Below are positions 29,726 to 38,391 of a stretch of DNA of 64,000 nucleotides, piece by piece (position 1 is the first letter of the stretch; each line of letters begins with the position of its first letter). The DNA is from Candidatus Micrarchaeota archaeon (GTDB lineage Archaea; Micrarchaeota; Micrarchaeia; Anstonellales; Bilamarchaeaceae). The stretch spans positions 4,075 through 68,074 of the forward strand of contig JBDRPL010000009.1 of the NCBI GenBank assembly GCA_043827025.1, read 5' to 3'. The position numbers and the translations under genes are program-made. Below the pieces are notes generated by a model, which worked only from the letters and a program-made list of their open reading frames with translations, searched no databases and was not told the origin of the DNA.

Positions 29726-32251
29726 ATGCATAGCCAGGACATTTCAGAAGTCATGAAGCAACTTTTCTCAGCTGGTGATGGTCTTTCTTCAGAAGAAGCA
29801 CAAAAAAGACTTGAAAAATATGGGAAGAATGAGCTGGGTGATTCATACAAGCGGACTGCATGGGGCATACTCACAAGCCAGTTCAAGAATTTTCTTTTTT
29901 TCCTGCTCATTGCAGCAGTAATAATTTCCCTTGCCATAGGGCATACTATTGATGCAATTGCAATTTCTGTTGCTATACTTCTTTCAGTTGGTTTTGGATT
30001 TTTCCTTGAATATCGTGCTGACAAGAGCCTTGAAGCCCTGAAGTCAATTGCAGAATCAGAGGTTGTGGTCAAGCGTGATGGGGCCAATAAATTAGTTTCA
30101 TCTTTGGAACTTGTTCCCGGTGACATTGTTTATCTGACTGAGGGTTCGAAAATATCTGCTGATGCAAGGCTTTTGAGCGCCCTTGAACTGGAAGTCAATG
30201 AAGCTTACCTCACAGGTGAATCAAGGGCAATACGAAAGGCAGTGGATGTGCTTCAGGAGAACACCATTCTGGCAGAAAGGAAGAACATGGTGTATTCGGG
30301 GAGTTTCGTCACAAAAGGCGAAGGCAGTGCCATAGTTGTTGCAACGGGGAATCTTACAGAACTAGGAAAGATATCTTCTGCGCTTGCCAAGGTTGAAAGT
30401 GGCGAGACTGTTCTCCAGCGATCTCTTAATGACCTTGGAAAAAAAGTCTCCATAGCTTCCATATTAATAATCATTCTCCTTTTCGCAGTGGGTTTGCTTC
30501 AGCAAAAGAATCCTGTTGATCTATTCGTACTTTCTGTCTCGCTCGCAGTCGCAGCTGTGCCTGAGGGCCTTATAACCGTATTGACAATAATTCTTGCCCT
30601 TGGCGTAAGAAGAATGGCTGAGCATAATGCCCTTGTGCGTAACATCCAATCTGTAGAGACGCTTGGAACATCCACAGTGCTTGTTGTGGACAAGACAGGA
30701 ACACTAACTCTTGGAAAGATGAAACTCACTACAATATTCACAGACAATTCTTTTTATGGGACAAAAGATGTTCCCAAGAAAAACAAATCTATCTTCTATT
30801 CAATTCTCTGTACCTATGCAAAGGTGACTGATAAGGGGTTTTTCGGAGACGAAATGGACAAATCTATATTAGAATCAGGGGAATCGCTTGGATTTGACGT
30901 GAGGGAAATCAAGGATTCCAACCAGCCCATAGAAGCGTATCCATTTGATAATGAGAAAAAAAGAATGAAGATGTTGTTCAACATAAGCGGCAAGGAAGTC
31001 ATGATCATGAAGGGCGCGCCTGAAAGAATCATTTCTTTGTGCCACAAGGCGGATGTGAATGGAAAGATAGTTGATTTTGATAAGAAGGAGCTTGATGATG
31101 AATTGCTTAAATTTACCTCTGATGGCCTGAGGGTGCTTGCCTTGGCCTATAGAAAAAACAATAGCAAAGACATTATTTTTTTGGCATTGCTCGGATTCCA
31201 GGATCCTCCACGGAAGAATGTGCTTGAGACGCTCAATGAAGCAAAATCCCAGGGATTGAGGATAATCATGCTTACTGGGGATAATCTGGAGACTGCCATT
31301 TCAATAGGCAAGCAGGTTTGCCTTGTTACAGATGAGTCCCAGGCAGTGCTGTGGAAGAGTCTTGAGCAGCTTGATGATAAACAGCTTAAGCAGAAACTTT
31401 CAAATATTTCCATAATTGCAAGGTCAACCTCGCTTAGTAAACTTAGGATAGTTGAGATGCTCATACAGATGGGTGAGATAGTTGCAGTTACAGGGGATGG
31501 TGTAAATGATGCGCCTGCATTGAAAAAAGCTCATGTAGGGGTTGTTATGGGCTCAGGAACCGATGTCAGCAAGGAAGCTGGCAAATTGATTTTAATGGAT
31601 GATGACCTCTCTACGTTGATTGCTGCCATTCGCTACGGGCGAACAGTATTCAGCAACATAATAAGTTTCATAAGATTTCAGTTCACCACAAATGTGTCGA
31701 CCCTGCTCTTGTTCATTACTACCTTTTTCGCAGGTATTCCTTCGTTGCTTACTCCGGTCCAGATACTTTTCATTAACATAATCATGGATGGCCCGCCTGC
31801 GCTTGCACTTGGTTTTGAGGATTCTGCAAATACTAACAAGGTCCATCGAAAGATCTTTTCTAAGAATGTCCTCTGTTCCATTGCAGTATCAGCAGTTTTC
31901 ATGGTGCTTGTGACGTTGTATATTTTTTCATCATTTGATCCTCAGAAAGTCCTTACGGGCACGTTTGTTGTTTTTGTTCTGATGCAGCTCTTCAATTCAT
32001 TGAACTGTCGTTCTCTTTCTAACTCGTTTTTCTACAAGCCACAGAACAACAAGTACATCTTCGGCACATTCTTTGCAATGCTTGCAATACTTTACCTCAT
32101 TGTAGAGCTTCCTTTCTTTGAGACATACATGGGCACAACAGGCCTTTCTCCGAACGAATGGATTTATCTCTTGGCAATAAGTGCATCAGTGCTTGTTCTC
32201 GAAGAGGTGAAGAAGAGAGTTTTCAAAAGGTATTTTTTGCAGGAGGAGTAA
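29726..32251 (+). CDS. P-type ATPase, type II (Ca2+-type)
   Basis: TGES, VPEGL, DKTGT phosphorylation site, MLTGDN, TGDGVNDAPAL. Confidence 0.96.
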   Translation: MHSQDISEVMKQLFSAGDGLSSEEAQKRLEKYGKNELGDSYKRTAWGILTSQFKNFLFFLLIAAVIISLAIGHTIDAIAISVAILLSVGFGFFLEYRADKSLEALKSIAESEVVVKRDGANKLVSSLELVPGDIVYLTEGSKISADARLLSALELEVNEAYLTGESRAIRKAVDVLQENTILAERKNMVYSGSFVTKGEGSAIVVATGNLTELGKISSALAKVESGETVLQRSLNDLGKKVSIASILIIILLFAVGLLQQKNPVDLFVLSVSLAVAAVPEGLITVLTIILALGVRRMAEHNALVRNIQSVETLGTSTVLVVDKTGTLTLGKMKLTTIFTDNSFYGTKDVPKKNKSIFYSILCTYAKVTDKGFFGDEMDKSILESGESLGFDVREIKDSNQPIEAYPFDNEKKRMKMLFNISGKEVMIMKGAPERIISLCHKADVNGKIVDFDKKELDDELLKFTSDGLRVLALAYRKNNSKDIIFLALLGFQDPPRKNVLETLNEAKSQGLRIIMLTGDNLETAISIGKQVCLVTDESQAVLWKSLEQLDDKQLKQKLSNISIIARSTSLSKLRIVEMLIQMGEIVAVTGDGVNDAPALKKAHVGVVMGSGTDVSKEAGKLILMDDDLSTLIAAIRYGRTVFSNIISFIRFQFTTNVSTLLLFITTFFAGIPSLLTPVQILFINIIMDGPPALALGFEDSANTNKVHRKIFSKNVLCSIAVSAVFMVLVTLYIFSSFDPQKVLTGTFVVFVLMQLFNSLNCRSLSNSFFYKPQNNKYIFGTFFAMLAILYLIVELPFFETYMGTTGLSPNEWIYLLAISASVLVLEEVKKRVFKRYFLQEE

Positions 32252-33050
32252 TGGTTGCTCCGAAAAGATATTCATTGTAATTCAAACCGCCAGGTGGGCA
32301 GAATATATTTTCCTCGCAATTTTCTTCATCCATAACTACTTCGTATCTATTTGCCAAAAGCAGTGCTCTGATTGATTCTGGGCTAACCAGGGAATCCATG
32401 GCTATGAATAGAATTCCATCTTTTGTAAGCAATTCTGGAAAAACATTCTTGAACGGCAGTTCGATTAACATCATTTTCATGCCTTCAAGTATTGGATAAA
32501 GCGGTTGGCTTTCAATACATTTTGGATCAATCCCGAATCTGCTGGTGATTATTTCCATAATCGGAGATCTTAGCTCTTCGAACATTTCTTTTTCAGGCTC
32601 AGTTTTGCCAGAGGCAATCCTTTTTTCCTTAGTGTGCTTTATGGTTTCAAGTAAGTCTATAGGAGGGCTTGGATTAAAGAGAGTTATTATATTGAATTTT
32701 CCCAGAAAGTGTCCCATTTCCGGGGAACAAGTTAAAAGTTCAAGAGGCCTGAGGAATGTTGCATAAATTTCAGCGCCTTTCAGCCCGACATATCTTTTTT
32801 CCGCTTTCCCATAGGAATCTATACCGATGAGTCTTATCCTTCTTGGTGAAAGCATTCCTCTTAGCCCATCAATTGCAAATTTCAGCGCCACTGCTGTTCC
32901 AATTCCAACTGATCCAGAACCGTCTGCGCATCTGAAGTCCAATATGCGTATGATTTCTTTTCTGCCTAATCTTTCTTCCACAATTGGGTGTGCCAAAAAT
33001 CTTTGCATTGTCTTGAATGCCTTTTCCTGGCGTTGTTGGGCGAATTGCAT
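32223..33050 (-). CDS. Orphan protein, possible divergent Rossmann methyltransferase
   Basis: ILDFRCADGSG, LIGID and LLTKDGILFI resemble class I MTase motifs I, II and VI. Confidence 0.5.
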   Translation of the reverse strand: MQFAQQRQEKAFKTMQRFLAHPIVEERLGRKEIIRILDFRCADGSGSVGIGTAVALKFAIDGLRGMLSPRRIRLIGIDSYGKAEKRYVGLKGAEIYATFLRPLELLTCSPEMGHFLGKFNIITLFNPSPPIDLLETIKHTKEKRIASGKTEPEKEMFEELRSPIMEIITSRFGIDPKCIESQPLYPILEGMKMMLIELPFKNVFPELLTKDGILFIAMDSLVSPESIRALLLANRYEVVMDEENCEENIFCPPGGLNYNEYLFGATITPPAKNTF

Positions 33051-33121
33051 TGTGTTTAATGATGTTCCAAAAAGTTTATATTTTTGACATAATCAAGTAA
33101 ATCGGATAAAAAGAGAAGATT

Positions 33122-33275
33122 TGGGGTCATAGGGATTCGAACCCTAATATGCAGATAACGGCTCTTGTTTGCCTGTTTGTTTCCAAACAGGCTAGATCTG
33201 GAGTCTGCCGTGTTACCTGGTTGTGCGCTTCTGTGCACAAATTTGAACGCAGTTCAAGCTTTGCACCATGACCCC
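33122..33275 (-). tRNA. tRNA-Trp(CCA) with two introns: 15/16 (33221-33260, 40 nt) and 37/38 (33157-33197, 41 nt)
   Basis: Acceptor GGGGTCA/TGACCCC + A73, anticodon stem GCAGA/TCTGC with loop CT-CCA-G|A, T arm TAGGG-TTCGAAT-CCCTA; D-loop intron has BHB with GTGC/GCAC central helix. Confidence 0.9.
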
Positions 33276-33340
33276 GAAGCCATGAATTCTCGTCATCTGA
33301 TCGAGAGCATCTATTTTTAGGAGGCGACGATTTTAAATTC

Positions 33341-34489
33341 CTATTCCTTATGTATGAAAACTATCCAGATCCAGCCAATCCCAAGAACAGCGATCAGATA
33401 AATTCCAATCCCTGAAATCACATCCCTGAATCCTACACGTCCGCATTTATGATCTTTTATTCTGGTTCCATTCTCGCATTTCAAATCAACACACTTGTTG
33501 TTTTCACATCCCTGTGTTTCACTGCAATCTGCTCCAACCATGCATTCGTAATCTACGCACATGTGGTTCTGCGGGTACTGGGCATACTTGCATAATATAC
33601 TTTCACACATCTTTTCGAAGCACCTCTGGCTTGCTAGGCATTGGTTGTCAGAACAGCATTCATATTTTATGCACTGATGGTCCAAGATATGTTCGCACGG
33701 TTCGCACATGAATGGAATGCATTTATTCCCTAAGCATTTGCTTTCTTCAGAACAATCCGAGTTTTCTGCGCATTCGTATTTCGTGCATTTGTTTTGGTCG
33801 CAGTATTGCCCGCTCTTGCAATCTTCCTTCGAGCAACATTCATATTGAATGCAGGTGTGGTTTTGGACATGTCCGCAGCTGCAGTCTAGATCAATGCAGA
33901 AATTGCTACTGCATTTCTGGCCGGCTCCGCAGTCAGCATCAGCACAGCACTCATAAGGTACAAACACATGGTCTACGAAATGGCCGCATTCATTGTTTGT
34001 TTGTATTGGTTTGCATTTAGTGGTACACCCGCTTATGCTGCAATACTCGTCGCTTCCGCAATTTGCATCAGTGTAGCATTCATGGCTGGACTTTCTGGTA
34101 ACTTGTACGTTGTCATTACGGTCCATACAGTACCAGCCTTCGTTGTTTGTACCTCTTCCCTCGACAAATACATATGCGCACTGCTTGAACATCAATATAT
34201 TGCTCCCAGTGGGTGCAGGGAATCTTCCAGTGAGGCTTACCTGCATTTCTTCGTTCGGCCCAAGGGTTTTTTCTAATTCTTTCATTCCGAAAATCCCAAC
34301 ATCTTCAATGTAATGCGCCATCTTGGTGACTGTGATTGTCTCGTCGCCTGTGTTTTGGATATAAACTCTTGACAAGTATGTTCCTTCTTCGACACAGCAT
34401 CCGTTGCAGTCAAAATCAGAATCCATTTCCATAGTAACTGTGCTGAAAGAAAAGGTCAGCACTAACAATACTAGAAGCAGTCTTTTCAT
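33341..34489 (-). CDS. Cys-rich surface protein with C-terminal TM anchor
   Basis: Signal peptide, FDCNGCC domain, about five YECx(5)C modules, terminal TM helix. Confidence 0.85.
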   Translation of the reverse strand: MKRLLLVLLVLTFSFSTVTMEMDSDFDCNGCCVEEGTYLSRVYIQNTGDETITVTKMAHYIEDVGIFGMKELEKTLGPNEEMQVSLTGRFPAPTGSNILMFKQCAYVFVEGRGTNNEGWYCMDRNDNVQVTRKSSHECYTDANCGSDEYCSISGCTTKCKPIQTNNECGHFVDHVFVPYECCADADCGAGQKCSSNFCIDLDCSCGHVQNHTCIQYECCSKEDCKSGQYCDQNKCTKYECAENSDCSEESKCLGNKCIPFMCEPCEHILDHQCIKYECCSDNQCLASQRCFEKMCESILCKYAQYPQNHMCVDYECMVGADCSETQGCENNKCVDLKCENGTRIKDHKCGRVGFRDVISGIGIYLIAVLGIGWIWIVFIHKE

Positions 34490-35514
34490 TCTAACTCACT
34501 CAGTTTATTTTTTATGCCTGAGATGGAAAGTATCTCATTTGTATCATAGGAATACGTCCTGAAGTCATCCTTTGTAAAAAGCCAGTAAACATCTGTCATT
34601 ACATTTCCATTTCCCATTCCGTCAAAATTTCCATCCTGAGGTTCTACTATATAAATATCCTCAGGATTCTCCTTTCCTTTTTGACCTATGCCCGTTTCCA
34701 TATGGTAAGTCCCGCCGATTTTTGTGACATATCCTCCGATGGAATAGAAGTTACACGGGCACTGGACATATGTGTCCATGTCTACCTTGACTCTTATTTC
34801 TGATTCCCTGCAGCTCGACTGCAAATTCTTGTATTCAGTTCTCAGCCATGCTGCCATGTAAAGCGCAAAATCATCACAGTCACCCTGCTTGGAAAGCCAG
34901 AATGTGTTTAAATCGAATATTCTCTGTCCGTCTGCAAAGTTTGAGGTTGTTTGGTCGTCTACCCATACGAATCCAAGGCATTTTGTCATGTCTCTTCCCA
35001 TTTTGTTTGCGTCTATAATGCAATTTTTAGCCGGATTTCCACAATAGCTGTGGATTTTATTTTCCTGTTCTTTAGATATCAGACTGTTGGAGCTTACGAA
35101 GTTTTCAAGGTTGTCCAGGTTGTATATGATGTTTTCCACTTCTTTTTTTGTGGTTAATAATTCTTCTGCCTTTAATTTCAGGAGCGCATTGTTCTCCATG
35201 ACTTTGTCCTGAAGGGCATCAGCCCTTTCAACTTCGCTTTCAAGACGAGCCTGCAGGTCTGAATTGTCTGTTTCCTTGGCTTGCAGTTCGTCTTTGCAGA
35301 CACCGAGCTCCTTTTGTTGCTCTCTTCTGAGGTTTGTTTCTTGTTTTGTGTTGTTCCCCTGCACTAAGTACATGTTCATATATTTTTCTTTTTCATCACT
35401 TTCTTTTGCATATAATGAGAAATGTCTTTCATTTTCGATGAAAAAGTAGACTGCCAAGAGTATCACCAAAAAAGGCAAAGCCATTGAGATTATGTTTTTG
35501 ACATTGATTTCCAT
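34486..35514 (-). CDS. Membrane-anchored coiled-coil protein with transglutaminase-like Cys protease domain
   Basis: N-terminal TM, heptad region, GDCDDFA motif, later H and EPQ; 4-nt overlap with downstream gene. Confidence 0.75.
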   Translation of the reverse strand: MEINVKNIISMALPFLVILLAVYFFIENERHFSLYAKESDEKEKYMNMYLVQGNNTKQETNLRREQQKELGVCKDELQAKETDNSDLQARLESEVERADALQDKVMENNALLKLKAEELLTTKKEVENIIYNLDNLENFVSSNSLISKEQENKIHSYCGNPAKNCIIDANKMGRDMTKCLGFVWVDDQTTSNFADGQRIFDLNTFWLSKQGDCDDFALYMAAWLRTEYKNLQSSCRESEIRVKVDMDTYVQCPCNFYSIGGYVTKIGGTYHMETGIGQKGKENPEDIYIVEPQDGNFDGMGNGNVMTDVYWLFTKDDFRTYSYDTNEILSISGIKNKLSELE

Positions 35515-35681
35515 GCTTTTATCTTTAGCTGGAAATTTAAAATCGTTTGCAAAATCAGTTTTGTCCTTTCCTTTCTAAATGAAAAACATGTATTTTTAAA
35601 TTGTTATAATAAGTAAACTATTAAGGTTGAAAATAAGAAAAGATTTTTAAATATATTTAGTATAAAACGTGTTGAACAAAA

Positions 35682-36113
35682 ATGGAAGAATTAGTACATT
35701 TGCATTTGACTGTGAATGCCCGGGTCGATCCAACCTTTGCAGAATTTTCAAAGGAAAAGGCCCAAGCATTTGTGGATGAATTAATGGGAATTACTGGCAT
35801 GAAGCCTTTAGGCCCTCTAAACTGGGCCGATGCCACTGATTTGGATTTTCCAGGCCAGAGCATCGTTCAGATGATAACGACCAGTCATTCAAGTTTGCAT
35901 TATTTCTCTGATACCAAGGAGATCTACTTTGATATTTACTCCTGCAAACAGTATGATTACAAAAAAGTGCTGAAGTTGCTGGATAGGACCTTCATGATCA
36001 AGGAATGGCATGGTGTATTATATAATCGGGCGAATGGCAAAGAACCAAAGGTAAAATCAGTTGGTTCCGAGAAAGTTATTATAGTTGCAAGGGAACCAAG
36101 CCTGTTTAAGTGA
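35682..36113 (+). CDS. Pyruvoyl-dependent decarboxylase proenzyme, AdoMetDC (SpeD)-like
   Basis: QMITTSHSSLHYF self-cleavage region and FDIYSCK motif. Confidence 0.75.
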   Translation: MEELVHLHLTVNARVDPTFAEFSKEKAQAFVDELMGITGMKPLGPLNWADATDLDFPGQSIVQMITTSHSSLHYFSDTKEIYFDIYSCKQYDYKKVLKLLDRTFMIKEWHGVLYNRANGKEPKVKSVGSEKVIIVAREPSLFK

Positions 36114-36135
36114 AAAATGGAAAAACTTATTTTTA

Positions 36136-36252
36136 TCATGCTTCGGCAATATTAGCATCGGTGGCCTCTGCTGCCACCCCATAATTTCGGGCCGTTAAAT
36201 AAGATGCATTTTCCAAATCAACAATCCTTTTTTGAATTTGAACTCTTGCCAT
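36136..36252 (-). CDS. Putative 38-aa small protein
   Basis: GAGGTGG RBS 4 nt before ATG; MARVQIQKRIVDLENASYLTARNYGVAAEATDANIAEA. Confidence 0.45.
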   Translation of the reverse strand: MARVQIQKRIVDLENASYLTARNYGVAAEATDANIAEA

Positions 36253-36359
36253 ATTTCCACCTCAAACTAGATTTGATATGCGTTAATATTAAGAATCTAA
36301 TTGAACGAGACATCGGCAAAGCTTCAAGAATAGAACGTTCCAAATTATGCATTTATAAT

Positions 36360-38114
36360 CTACTCTTTCTTTTCCTTTGTTTTCTCTGTTGTACTGTCTT
36401 TTAGTTTGGGCCTTGTTCTTAAGTATACGAGCGTAAGGGCAGCGGTTATCACAACAACTATCAGTAGTGCATAATCCAGTTTTTCATCATCAAAAATTAT
36501 TCCGCGTTTCTTCTTTTTGTCAATTTCAGTGTCTGTTTTATCTGCCATTGTGCTTCCTGATGCAATTGGCGTTCCGTTCTTAGAGAACTTAAAGTCATAA
36601 ACTCCTGCATTGTCTGCCATTAATATTGCTCTTCCCTTTTCATCAGTTATGATTGTTTTCTTCTCCCCATTAGGGTCTGTTATCGTGACAGTTGTTCCCT
36701 GGGATGGCTTTCCGCATTCATTCACTTGTATGTTTATGTTGTCACCAACATTTACTGTTGGAGGGATTGTTGTCTGGTATTCTGTGCAATCTTTCATATC
36801 TGTGCATTCTCCTGCCCTGCAATACTCGGTGTCTGCACAATCCTGGCTTGTGGTGCATTTGGTTTTTCCCCCATTATTCCCATTAGGGGGTGTTATCCCG
36901 CCATTGCAATTGAAATCATAATCCGTTTCATACATCCCGCCATCTGTGTATCCTGAAGCATATACGCTTATTCTGTGAGTTCCGTAATTTAGGTTCATAC
37001 TTGTCTGGCCTGAGGCGTCTGTCTGGAAAGGCACTTCATCAACAGTTACATATGCGTTTTGGATAGGCCCGGTTACTGAATCTGTAACTGTGACTATAAT
37101 TCCGTTTGGGCAATCATTGCTTATTTCCACTTCAATATGGCCTTTGTCCATACACGCGTGGTCATAGCATATTTTACCTGTGCCGCATTCAGTATCAGAG
37201 CAGCAGGTATATGTGGTCCATGCATGATGTTCTATCTTTCCGCATGTGCCATGTGTTTCGACTTCCCTGCATTTTGAATAGCATGAGGTTCCGGCATTAT
37301 AACAGTATTCATTGTCCTTGCAGTCATCATTTGTTTCGCATTCGTAGCTTGTCTTGGAAGCCAGCTTGAATATTTTAGGTTCGCATTCGATCATTTCGTA
37401 AGGAGTTCCCTGATTGTTTTCAAAATAAACGCAAACATCATATTCCAAATTGTATTCCTTTGTTTCTGGCAATTCCCCTGAGATCTCAAAGGCGTCATTT
37501 TCCAGCATGTTTATTCTGGTCCCTGTTGCATCAGTGTAATTTCCAAATAGCATCCCATCCTTTGTTTTCAGCTCGATTTTCTTTACCTTTATTTCATTGT
37601 ATGGGTTATTGTTAGTCACCTCTGCAATTCCAAGGTATGTGCTTTCCGAGAAGCAGCATCCGTCTTGGCATCTGAAGTGGACGTTAGTTTCAATTCTATC
37701 GCTCGGATTATATGTGCACTCTACTTCTGAGTCATAGAGATGCACACTTTTCGTTCCGCTGCAATCCCATTGCGTATTCCCTGGAGTCCCTCCGATTTCC
37801 TCGTACTGGGCACATATAAAATAATATGCGTCATTCTCATTTGGGAGTAATCCGCTTACTAAGTATGTTCCTGAAAGACCAACTGAGATATGCTGTCCAT
37901 TTAGGTCAGTCCATGTTCCGAAAACCTGGTTGTTTGACATCAGCCTGAGTTCTATGGCATATATATTTATTGCAGCGTTGTGGTCATTTACTATTTCCAC
38001 ATTTGCAGAATATGTCTGGCCTTTTGTGCAGCAGCTTCCGCAGTTGAATGCTGCAGTTCCATCAATTGCAAACAGTGTTCCAATGACCAATAGTAACAAA
38101 ACGAGCTTTTTCAT
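36360..38114 (-). CDS. Cys-rich surface protein with duplicated N-terminal domain, Ig-like domains and C-terminal TM
   Basis: Signal peptide, FNCGSCC and FRCQDGCC repeats, YTCCSDTEC module, QTDASG/ITDEKG Ig-like turns, terminal TM helix. Confidence 0.85.
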   Translation of the reverse strand: MKKLVLLLLVIGTLFAIDGTAAFNCGSCCTKGQTYSANVEIVNDHNAAINIYAIELRLMSNNQVFGTWTDLNGQHISVGLSGTYLVSGLLPNENDAYYFICAQYEEIGGTPGNTQWDCSGTKSVHLYDSEVECTYNPSDRIETNVHFRCQDGCCFSESTYLGIAEVTNNNPYNEIKVKKIELKTKDGMLFGNYTDATGTRINMLENDAFEISGELPETKEYNLEYDVCVYFENNQGTPYEMIECEPKIFKLASKTSYECETNDDCKDNEYCYNAGTSCYSKCREVETHGTCGKIEHHAWTTYTCCSDTECGTGKICYDHACMDKGHIEVEISNDCPNGIIVTVTDSVTGPIQNAYVTVDEVPFQTDASGQTSMNLNYGTHRISVYASGYTDGGMYETDYDFNCNGGITPPNGNNGGKTKCTTSQDCADTEYCRAGECTDMKDCTEYQTTIPPTVNVGDNINIQVNECGKPSQGTTVTITDPNGEKKTIITDEKGRAILMADNAGVYDFKFSKNGTPIASGSTMADKTDTEIDKKKKRGIIFDDEKLDYALLIVVVITAALTLVYLRTRPKLKDSTTEKTKEKKE

Positions 38115-38200
38115 GCTAAACTATCTATTATTCCTCTTTTATTTCTTTCTGTGGCGGAGATAAGTTGCATTTATAATACTTTTGTGGAATATATTTACTA

Positions 38201-38359
38201 ATGCCAATCCCAGGACCAAGAGGTTCGCCGGGCCATCTGTAGCCTGCAGCGGAATGTCAGGACAAAGAACTTTATAGAAAAATAGGCCGGATAAGAAGGG
38301 AAATGACCCGCGAACGGCAGAGAGGAAATCAAAACTGGAAAGCATTGGTAATTGCTTAG
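38201..38359 (+). pseudogene. Possible short leaderless ORF interrupted by an in-frame TAG (38240-38242), or a structured ncRNA
   Basis: MPIPGPRGSPGHL*PAAECQDKELYRKIGRIRREMTRERQRGNQNWKALVIA*; GC-richer than flanks; T-tract follows. Confidence 0.3.
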
Positions 38360-38391
38360 TTTTTTTAGCCTATCTGACCAAATCCTAGTCT

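Noticed and set aside
33056-33238. 60-aa - strand ORF
   Set aside because: Runs through tRNA-Trp.
38200-38350. Firm call as SRP RNA or RNase P RNA
   Set aside because: Too short; lacks the SRP helix-8 CAGG/AGCA motif and an intact GAGGAAAGUCC; kept only as an unresolved finding.
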